21,134 nucleotides of DNA from Paraspadella gotoi (GCA_051294375.1 JBJCIZ010000380.1:1-21134), one strand, 5' to 3'. Positions 10,805 through 19,960 are shown, numbered from the stretch's first letter. Made by a program: numbers and translations. Notes: generated by a model from the letters alone, not told the origin.

Positions 10805-11950
10805 GAGAAAGTGGGGGGAGTACCGGGGGGGTTGGAAAGGGGGAAATGAGGGATGAGGAAGGTGGGAGGACCGTGGGGGGAGTGGAAGGGAGGAAATGAT
10901 GAAGAGGGGAGATGAGATGAAGATGGACGACGCGGCGACACCTGTGGTGAAAATTAAGTGGGGGAGGAGCCCGGGGAGGAGTAAGAGGGGGAAAAGGAGG
11001 AAAGGAACGAAGATAGAAGGGAGTTAAATGGACGGAAAGAAAGAGGAAAGGATGGAAATATTTAAGTTTGGATAATGTGAAATAGAGGAAAAAGAGAGAA
11101 AAAACTAAAAAAAAAAAAAAAAAACGGAGAAAGGGGATGAAAGAGAAAGGAAGAGAAATAAAAGAAAAGAGAAAAAAAAAAAATGGAAAGAAGAGAAGTG
11201 AAAGAAGCAACATGGAGGAATGTGGAAAGGAGATGAGTTTATAAGAAGTAAGAAGAGAAAATGTTGGAGAGAATAAAGAGGAAATTGAGAAAATATAAAT
11301 AAAAAAAAAAAAAAATTCAAGATGAAAATGGAAAAAGCCATAAAATTGAAAGGGAAGATGAAAAAAAAGGAGAAGAAATTATAAAAAAGAGAGAAGAGGA
11401 AAAGGGTGTTATGAGAAAAGAAGGGGAGGAAAGAGAGAGAGGAAAGAGTCAAAAAAGAAGAAGAGGGAACGAATATTAAAAGCGAAAGAGAAGGAAAAGA
11501 AGGAAGAGCTGCCCCGAAGGAATTTCGCACAAAATAAAAAGAATGTTTTGAAGGAAGGAGAAAAAAAAAAAAGAGGCGGAAAAGAAAATTTAATTAAGCG
11601 ACGAGACGAAAAGTTTATGCGTGAGGCCATTCTCTCGAGTGATGGCACTGTGCACTGGGGAGGTAAGGGGGGGAGAGAGAAAGGGGGGTCAGGGGGAAGG
11701 TGGGGGGGCGAGGGAGGTGGGAGGGAATTAAGCGAAGAGGAGCAAGAGAAAAACCCCACCACAAAGGGCGGAAAAGAAAGTAAAAAGAGAAAACAAACTT
11801 AACGGAGCAATAGAAGAAAGTGCTTGAGAGATTACGCGAAGAGAAGAGAGGAGAGAGGAGAGAGGAGAGACGAGAGAGGAAGAGAGAAGAGAGAGAAGAG
11901 GAGAGAGAGGAGAAAGAGATGTGAGAGTTAGTGAGAGAGAGAGAGAGATA
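10805..11950 (+). repeat. About 1.1 kb purine-skewed low-complexity region ending in (GA)n
   Basis: Mostly A/G; G-run clusters at 10813-11000 and 11657-11726; GA repeat 11840-11950. Confidence 0.9.
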
Positions 11951-12197
11951 GACGAACGCAACAATTTTTTTCCCTCTCCGTCTCGCGTGCTGACGTCGAA
12001 TGCAAAACTAAATCAAAACAGATTTAATCTCGCGTCGAGTGACCAGTGGCGGCGGAGGACCGAGTAAATAGCATTAGGCGATGGAAATAAAAACAAAGGC
12101 GCAATCGAATCATTTTTCTTAATTCGATCAAAGAGAGAAAAATAAAAGGATTTGAATCTCAAGTTGAAAATAAAAAAGGAATTAATTCTTCGAAGTC

Positions 12198-12262
12198 GTT
12201 GTTGTTGTTGTTGTTGATGGTCGAGGTTGCGTTGATGGTGTTGGTAATGCTGTTGTTTGTTA
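12198..12262 (-). repeat. (CAA)n and related triplets; Gln/His-rich if translated on the minus strand
   Basis: (GTT)6 then degenerate triplets; gives QQHYQHHQRNLDHQQQQQQ in ORF 12013..12333. Confidence 0.8.
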
Positions 12263-12693
12263 CGATTGTTAACTGTTGCTTCTGTAGACACGTCATTTTC
12301 TCTCTGTTGACTTTCCTTTAAGAAATTATTCAATGAAGAAGAAAACGACGACGACGAAGACGACGAATCACGACGAGGACGACGACGACAAAGACTTTCT
12401 GACGTTTATTCGTTGAAGCAAAAGTGATTGGAATTGGATGTGATTTCGTGTTGGTCCCATTAAATTTATAAGTGACAGCAGTGACTAAGATTTGAATACA
12501 AAGAATTTCTTTCTACCGCATCGTAGTCACCCTGACAAATTTGTTAAAATTGCAACACAGATTTCGATTTTATCACCAAATAAAATTTTTTATGGACTGT
12601 ACGAAAAAACTGACTGCATTCGCCACGGCTTCACGTTTTCCCATTCACGAGCGACGATTTTCACGTCTCATCTTCCACGTCGAGTGACCCAAA

Positions 12694-12777
12694 GTCACGT
12701 GAGATCGTTTACGACGTCGCTATGGTAACGCGACTGTCGCCAGAGAAACGAGACGTAACGTTATGTTCCTTGACAAC
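12694..12777. promoter_or_regulatory. E-box followed by three RFX X-box-like sites
   Basis: GTCACGTGA 12694-12702; GTCGCT-AT-GGTAAC 12716-12729; GTCGCC-AG-AGAAAC 12736-12749; GTTCCT-T-GACAAC 12765-12777. Confidence 0.5.
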
Positions 12778-12946
12778 CGGACGAAGGCGGGGAAGTCGAG
12801 ACGACTCGACCTCTGGCGGACGGAGACGATGATGACAGACGACAACGACGATGAGGACGACGACTGGACGACGACCAATGCAACCGCAAATTGACTGTAC
12901 GGACGGCGACTGCAAAGATGACTGCATTTCCATCTAAACGTTCGGT

Positions 12947-12949
12947 TTC

Positions 12950-13005
<56 letters not shown>

Positions 13006-13103
13006 CATTTGACATCCTTCCTCTTTCCTTTCCGTTTGCTCCAGTTTTATGTCCCCGTTGATTTCTTTCCTCCTCCTCCTCCTCTTCCCTCTCCTCCTCC
13101 TCT
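12947..13103 (+). repeat. (CT)n microsatellite followed by a (CCT)n tract
   Basis: CT about 12947-13005; CCT about 13068-13101. Confidence 0.93.
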
Positions 13104-13564
13104 TTCACGCACGTCTCACTGGTGATTTTACAACGACACTTTTTTTCTTCAGTCACTGGGTCACAGAGGGCGAAGCAACCTCGGGAGAGGAGGAGGAAAA
13201 ATAAGGGGGAGAGAAAAAAAGAGTAGCGGTTTTTGAATCAACGTTAAAATTATTCATTGATTAAATAAATAAGCTTTCTTGCTTTAAGAAGACTTGACAT
13301 TTGGTTGTGGTGGATTACATGATGTTAACTTTACATCCGCAAGGCTGTATTGCCATATACTGTTCAATAAGAATTCTCTAGTACACATGAATACGACACT
13401 CATTATGAATTATTAAATCAAGACTCTAACCACATTAAGAAGCGCGACTTCGTTTGGAAATTCGTCCGACGTCGATGCATTTCGATCGTGATATCCCGAT
13501 GAGGAAATACACATCGTAGACGAACGACGATCGACGGTTTGATAATGAGAACGGGGACCGATTT

Positions 13565-13697
13565 GGAAGGGAAAAGGGGAAGAAAGGGAAAGGGGAAAAG
13601 GGGAAAAGGGGAAAAGGGGAAGAGGAGGAAAAGGGGAAAAGGGAAAAGGGAAAAGGGGAAAAGGGAAAAGGGGAAACAAGGGGAAAAAGGAGGAGGA
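13565..13697 (+). repeat. (G3-4A3-5)n homopurine repeat; potential multimeric G4 or H-DNA
   Basis: gggaaaaggggaagaaagggaaaggggaaaagggg...; a single pyrimidine in about 130 nt. Confidence 0.9.
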
Positions 13698-14026
13698 TGT
13701 GGCGGGAGAAAGAGAATCTCGGAGTGGGACAGCTTAAGAAGTGTTTGATGAGCTGAGAAAGAATGTAATGTATCATTAAACATAATATAATAAATAATTA
13801 TCCCTTCCGTCATTAAATAGACAGCTTGTCTACATCACTCTTATAAAATTATTATAAGATAATTGTGCACATAGCAAGACTTCTAAGTCGAAAGATTCCG
13901 ATATTGATACGTAAGCGGTTTTATAAAATTGTGTACACACTTACAACCAGTTTAAAATATATTCATCCCATTCAATAAATAAGCTATCTTTTCCCTGACT
14001 TTAGGTAAACTATGTAAATACTTATT

Positions 14027-14052
14027 GTAAAGGTAAAGGTAAAGGTAAAGGT
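14027..14052 (+). repeat. (GTAAAG)4 hexamer repeat
   Basis: Perfect tandem copies. Confidence 0.9.
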
Positions 14053-14119
14053 TCATGTTAAAAACTAGGAATAGGAAGAGATAAGCAATAGCGGATTATA
14101 GCGGGATCTTGGAACTTGA

Positions 14120-14331
14120 TTAAAGAAGATCAAAGGGAGATGGAGGTTAAGAAATACGAACGACGATGACGACGACGACGACGACGATGAAGGCGATAAA
14201 GACGACGAAGCGAAAGTGATTGAATGCGATCCTCTATGCGAAAAGCGACCGGTTATAGATGAAGCACGAAGGGCGATCGCTTCGAATGCGAGATACTGGA
14301 GGGATGTAACTGACAGTTATTATTGGGAGAG
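14120..14331 (+). CDS. Candidate exon encoding an acidic poly-Asp segment; product unknown
   Basis: Stop-free frame 14120-14371: D9-EGDKDDEAKVIECDPLCEKRPVIDEARRAIASNARYWRDVTDSYYWE; canonical donor AG|GTATGT after 14331; no homology recognised. Confidence 0.25.
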
Positions 14332-14744
14332 GTATGTAATTAGACTAAGTTACTTTCAAGCGTTTGAAAGATGAGGTCAATTTGATATTGCGAGTGATGA
14401 TCGTAACTAAAAGGGCTAATGATATATTTGTAATTAAGATCGATAACTACGATTTGCTGGTTAATTTGTTTGTGTTAGAAAATGTTTGCTTTGTCAAGTT
14501 GTACATTCTTATAATTTAGATGGAATAAGATTTTTTTGAGCCGAGATTGAATAACACGGAAAAATTTGGTTATTTTTGCGAATGATCTCTCATTATATTT
14601 TCCTTTGTAATTATGCATTCCCTCCCGCACTGATACCAACCTACCCCTAGCAATTCTCTCCCACTCTGAGACATTCCTATCCTAAGACATTCCAGCCATG
14701 TGGGCGGAAACCTCATCAACGCATTCAACGAGGCGACGATAATC

Positions 14745-14778
<34 letters not shown>

Positions 14779-14781
14779 ATT

Positions 14782-14807
14782 CCGCCCAACTGGAGGTCAC
14801 GTGACCT
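14782..14807. promoter_or_regulatory. GC box plus 14 bp palindrome AGGTCACGTGACCT (CLEAR/USF-type E-box)
   Basis: CCGCCC 14782-14787; palindrome 14794-14807. Confidence 0.4.
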
Positions 14808-14921
14808 GATCCACTTTTGACTTTAGGGGGAAGAGATGACCTTGAGCGTCCACCTTGTTTCAAGAATGCCTGTCCTTTTGGTATCATTGGCTTAATCAAC
14901 TAGTCTTTTCTATTCATTTTA

Positions 14922-15037
14922 TCTTTCTTCTTTCTTTCTTTTCTTTTTCTTTCTTCTTCTGTTCTTTTCTTCTTTCATTTCTTCTTTCTTTTTCTTTCTT
15001 CTTTTTTCTTCTTTCTTTCTTTCTTCTTTCTTTTTTC
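14922..15037 (+). repeat. Degenerate (TTTC)n polypyrimidine tract
   Basis: Visible in sequence. Confidence 0.92.
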
Positions 15038-15268
15038 GCCTCTCCACGTTCACATCAAATCCCCTGTGTCTTAATCTTCTTTTCCTTTCCTCTAATCTCC
15101 CTTGTCTTGGAACTATCTCAATTTCGCTTTAAGACATTAAATTTTAAAATTAAAAAAAAATTAAAGCAAAACCAAAATCTTTGATATTTTAATTCTATAA
15201 TTTTATAATTTATTTTTGTCCTAAAATGTATCATAATATCTAGGTATTTTTTTATTTTTCTTAAACGA

Positions 15269-15460
15269 TTTTTCTTTTTTCCTTCCTTTCCTTTCCTTCT
15301 TTCACTTTCTTTCCTTATCCTTTTCCTTTCCTTTCTTCCTTTTCCCTTCCTTTCTTTTCCCTTCCTTTCCCTTTCCTTTCCTTTTCCTTTCCTTTCCTTT
15401 CCTTCCTTTCCTTTACCTTTCCTTTCCTTTCTCCTCTGCTCAATCTCCTCTCCTTCCACT
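15269..15460 (+). repeat. Degenerate (TTTCC)n polypyrimidine tract
   Basis: Visible in sequence. Confidence 0.92.
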
Positions 15461-15473
15461 CATCCTCGAGTCG

Positions 15474-15620
15474 ATGGGTCAAAGCAGTGGGTTGTCAGAG
15501 TTGAAGCGCCATCCGTTGGTCAACGCCCACCGCGCATTTCGCCGCCCGCCACAAACGCGCGGCGAGGGCCACTGGATGTCGCAGCAGACGACGGCCGCCC
15601 CGGAGCGCAGCAGCGACTGA
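15474..15620 (+). CDS. Candidate 48 aa small ORF filling a GC-rich island
   Basis: ATG 15474 to TGA 15620: MGQSSGLSELKRHPLVNAHRAFRRPPQTRGEGHWMSQQTTAAPERSSD; too short for the supplied track. Confidence 0.15.
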   Translation: MGQSSGLSELKRHPLVNAHRAFRRPPQTRGEGHWMSQQTTAAPERSSD

Positions 15621-16521
15621 AAAAAGGCCGCCTAGAACTAAATGATGTCGTTAGGAGATTGAGAAATGGTGCGCAGAAGTTTTTTTACGTTTCGTTTGCC
15701 TCGTTATTTTTAAACTTTTTTTTGGTTTTACGTTTCAAGTTTTACCATACGCGCTCTTACACCTGGTTACTACCTTAATTATTCTTTTACTTAACTTTTT
15801 TCTTCTATGCTTTCTTTTTTAATTCATTTAATCAATCTTTCACTTTTTTTTTTAAATTTCTCCATCTCTTTTCTGAAAACTTTTTGACTTTTTCAACGCA
15901 ACTGGCGACATACGACAACAACAACAAACCGACAAAGCATTTCACTTACAAGTTCTAAAACTTTACCGACCTCTGACGCATCGTCACTAAAAGGTTCGGG
16001 TTCGAAGTCCCTGATCACTTTTCCTCCTTTTTTTCTTAAGAATATCCACGGCGAGAGTTCTGAAAAAAAGTAGGGCCTGTTTGCTATGAAAGAGTCTAGG
16101 GACATCTTAAGGTAGGAGGTCCATTGTTAATCCAGTGGCAAAGTTATGGTTTTCAAAATCTATGGTCATAGTTATAATTTTTAGAGTTACTAAGGTCTAT
16201 GTTTTTCTTTAAACCGCGGAACCAAAAAAATCTATTCTCATCTGAAAGCTAAAAAAACCTAAATGAATATTCTTATGTCTTTCCTCCATTTCCTGTTCTG
16301 ACCGGACATCTTAACCCGTTTCTTCGCCGGAGAAAAAAAATTGCCGCGATTCGATAACCTTTGGGATGCCTCGCCCTAACTTATTTTTCATCCCCGATCG
16401 GCTGAACTTTCTAAAAAATTTGATCTCTCTTATCATGTTTTTCCCCCAGAGGAAGCTGATAGGTCGAGTCTTCAGACGTGAATATTTTTAAAGTTCCAAG
16501 AGGGCGATGGATCCAGTGAAG

Positions 16522-16595
16522 TACTCATCGCTTCTACTCAATCGCTTTACTCATTCGCCTTGCTCTTTATTCGCTCTTTACCATTATCGGCTCTC
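16522..16595 (+). repeat. 13 bp tandem repeat (TACTCANTCGCTT), 3 copies plus 2 decayed
   Basis: tactcatcgcttc tactcaatcgctt tactcattcgcct tgctctttattcgctctt taccattatcggctctc. Confidence 0.75.
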
Positions 16596-16969
16596 TTCCA
16601 ATGAATTAAAAACGTAAGATAAAATCATAAAAAACATGAAATATTTTTGACATACATGATTTCAAATTCTCTATCATTTCTAGCTTTTTTTTCTATTTTT
16701 CCAGAGTGACTTAAATCAGCTCCAACCAGCAACTACTCTATTCAACCCGACTCTTATCAACATTTCTCATTTTCAGTCCCCTCATCTTCACTTATGACCC
16801 ATACTCGTCTTCAGGGACACTCCTATGTTGACGCCTCGCCTCGCCTCCGTACCCTTTTTCTTTATCGAGTCTCAAGATTGCAACTTTCTTTTTATTCATT
16901 AGTCCAAGTATACTCGGATTTCCACTTTTAACCGTTTCCAAATCCATGGTATAATCCTTTTCTTTCGTT

Positions 16970-17150
16970 GTTTTTTGGAAAAAGGTTAATAAACAAAGTT
17001 TTTAATTTTAATTTGTACAAAGATTTTATTTGTAATAGCACGACATGTTTCCGGCTCCACCAAAATTCGAGCCTTCATCAGCGCTTTTAACAAATTAAAA
17101 TCGTTGTACATAAATTAAAATAAACTTTGTTATTAACCCTTTTCAAAAAC
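16970..17150. repeat. Long imperfect inverted repeat (foldback, MITE-like), arms about 70 bp
   Basis: 16970-17041 aligns with the reverse complement of 17081-17150; inner stem GGCTC (17053)/GAGCC (17069). Confidence 0.9.
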
Positions 17151-17454
17151 TAAGCCCTAACTCTTTTCACTCCTGCTCACCACTCATTGCCCGTACAATC
17201 CTGCCCACCCCACGACCGCGCCCACAGCGCCCCAACACACACCAAACCAATCTCCACTCCAACGAATTCCCGGACTTCATCAAGAAATAATATATTAATT
17301 TCTTCTCAAATTAATTCTCCCCCCACAGAGGTTAAAAAAATGATTAAAAAAAAAAAAGGAAATTAAAAACCGATAAAATTTCCTTTCGTCCAGAGTTCTT
17401 TAGCGCTGACTAACGTCCGGTCGGTCGTTGCAATCGTTTATCTCGGTCGTATAT

Positions 17455-17652
17455 CGTTGTCATTACGTCGTTATCGTCGTTTAATCTTCGTCGTTAGTTC
17501 GTCGGGTATCGGTTCGTCGTCTCGTCGTCGTCGTCGTCGTCGTCGTCGTGCGTCGTCGTCGCTCGTCTTCGTCGTCTATATCTTCTCTCCGTCAATTGAT
17601 GAGCAACTCCTTCTTAATTTCAACTTCGTCGTCGTCGGTCTCGCCATCGTCT
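17455..17652 (+). repeat. (TCG)n tract with perfect (TCG)9 core at 17522-17548
   Basis: Visible in sequence. Confidence 0.9.
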
Positions 17653-17655
17653 TCT

Positions 17656-17670
17656 GTCACCCATGGCAAC
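17656..17670. promoter_or_regulatory. RFX X-box match
   Basis: GTCACC-CAT-GGCAAC fits GTNRCC-N(0-3)-RGYAAC. Confidence 0.35.
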
Positions 17671-18481
17671 GCGGATATCCTGAGTGACAGCGCCCGGGAC
17701 GCCCCTCCCGCTCCGATGCCTGGACTTCCCAAGCTGGAGATCACGCGCCTGTGATTTCACCAGACTTTTCACTCGGAGTCCTTGTGAGAAGCTCAGTTTC
17801 CAATTATGAGAAAATTTCAGACTGCGCGGGTAAGAGAAGGTCGATACAGAGAAAAAAGATCAGCTGGAGGATCTTGTGACATTTGGGTTTTTGGGGAATA
17901 AGTGGGAAGGTGGGTAGGTTGGGAGGAAGCGGTATAGGGGTTGATAAGGAAGGGATAGGTTAGGTGGGAAAGAAGAACAAAAAATATGAAGTATGCTTCA
18001 ATTTGAAAATTTAGGAAAAAAACTTAAAAAAAACAGACAACCAATGTCCCAAATTCCCAATAATTTTTACTTTTAAACATCTTGTTTAGAACCAAAAACA
18101 TATAAGACGCTTTTGTTGGTGTTGAGTAAAAGCGCTCTTTGTTGGGTGAAGGAAAAAAGGTTTTGCAGGGGTAACGAAGATGGACGAAGTTGATTGCTTT
18201 CCGATGCAAGCGAACCGGAAAATGTTAAATGTCGGTGGTCCGTAGGCGAAGACAAATCGGACGCCGAAATACAAATATAAAACTCGAAAGTCTTGTCATC
18301 TTCTCAGAATATGGTTCGTCTTATTTTCCATCCTCGTCAGTGTTGTGTTTCTTTACGATATAACATAAAAGTTACGACAAAAATTTCAAAGGAATACACT
18401 CAAGCGTTCAAAGAACAAAACTGCAACATAAGGCTCTCAATGAGAACAACGACTTCGAGTGCATCGATGAATAAATTTAGT

Positions 18482-18795
18482 AGAGAGAGAGAGATAGAGA
18501 AGATGGAGAGAGAGGAGACAGAGGAAAGAGGAAAGAGAATGACCACTCCATTTTTTTTACTCCTCGCCCGTCTGCTGGCGAATTCTGCCCATGTCAAATT
18601 CCTCCTCCCACGTTTAATATTCTGTCGAAATTAAGTGGAAAATTCAGGTCAAAAACCGCGAAGCTGAGAAAGAGACGGAGAGCTAGGAATATAGAGAAGC
18701 AGAGAGAGAGGAGAGAGAGGAGAGGAAGACGAGAAGTGAGAGAGAAGAGAAGAGAAGGGACCGAGAGCCGAGAAGATTGAGGAGAAGATGAGATA
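18482..18795 (+). repeat. Two degenerate (GA)n/purine blocks
   Basis: About 18482-18538 and 18665-18795. Confidence 0.85.
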
Positions 18796-18848
18796 AGAGC
18801 ATAGACTGTAGAGTATAAAAGAAGATACAAAGAAAAAAGAAAGGATTT

Positions 18849-18939
18849 TATCTAGTCCACCTTAACTATGGATTCAATGTTCGTTTTAAGTTTGGATAGC
18901 GAGGCTGTATGAAAGTGTATCCAGTCCACCCTTACTATG
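18849..18939 (+). repeat. 22 bp direct repeat pair (19/22 identical), period 69 bp
   Basis: tatctagtccaccttaactatg (18849) and tatccagtccacccttactatg (18918). Confidence 0.75.
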
Positions 18940-19859
18940 TGCATCCGGATATCTAATGTCCCTTCACTCCAGCCTTTCCTCCAACTGCGCGGTCATCACC
19001 TTCACTACTTCAACTTCACTAAATATAAGTATTTTTTCACTTTTCTGTACATATTAAGACTCAGGAGAGGATTGCCGCTTCCCAACCCTTAATCCTCGCC
19101 ACAATGCCGATGGGAGAGGCACACTTAACCAGTTATAGTCCCGGCATTCGTCGTATTCGTATTTATGTCAGAAGGAGGAACTTTTTCAACTCTAGAGCGT
19201 TGTTTTCATGATTTCGAATTATTGGACTAATGTGTTGATCGTGTCTCGGTCCATAAGTGGCAAGAGAGACTTTTTTGGACTTTGACGTTTGTCATATTTT
19301 CAATTAATGACTAATATCCGGATCTTTTCTTCTACACCAAATTTCTCCGTTCAATCGATCTTTAATTTCCCGTCGTCGGTCGTCTCGCCGTCATCGCTCG
19401 TTCGCCGTCGTCGTCCGTCGTTTTAGCGCGAAATTATTATTTGACACTTAAGCTGACGAACCTGCTAGGTTCGTCCGTTCGTCGTCGTCCGTCGCGCGAT
19501 AACACGCGCCCGGGCGTTGCTGAGTTCAGAATCGCCGGCGGCCGGGGCATATGTGGCGGCGTAGTCCCGCCAGGATTGTGGGTGGAATCTTTGCGAAAAT
19601 GGGCAAATCCGCCCCGTCCACGGGAAATGGCTCCGCTCGGTTTGGAGATGTTCTCTCTGACCCGCATATACCCGGGGTTCACAATTCTGTATTTACACGA
19701 GTATCTCGTTTGGCGCCCAAACAAAAGCGAATAAAATATCGATCTAAAAACCAACAATGTTTGCTTTAGATTGGTTTGCGCTTCGGTATTGGTTGGTTTG
19801 GATGTAGTTCTTCTGATTTCCACTTCCTCTTATTGGGGTGTATATTTGTTTGGTCATGT

Positions 19860-19960
19860 CATTCCATTACTTCCCAAATTCAATCATTCCATTTCATTCA
19901 TTCAATTCTCATTCACTCTTAATCCTTTCATTCATTCAAATCCATTCCATTATCATTCTT
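19860..19960 (+). repeat. Degenerate (CATT/CATTC)n simple repeat
   Basis: cattccatt...cattcattcaa...ccattccattatcattc; no G in the tract. Confidence 0.8.

Noticed and set aside
13565-14052. Telomeric identity of the G4A4 and GTAAAG repeats
   Set aside because: Neither matches TTAGGG, TTAGG, T4G4 or similar units; both are short and internal
15498-15521. ELKRHP resembling the end of a kinase domain
   Set aside because: Six residues only; no other kinase motifs seen nearby
15990-16015. B-box-like GGTTCGAAGTCC (also GAGTTCGACT near 20617)
   Set aside because: No cloverleaf and no upstream A-box
1412-18795. Apparent alternation of GA and CT tracts forming giant hairpins
   Set aside because: Any two-state series alternates once neighbours are merged, and complementarity is limited to the SSRs
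19860-19960. Human satellite II/III-like CATTC
   Set aside because: Only about 100 bp and degenerate; CpG abundance elsewhere argues against bulk vertebrate DNA
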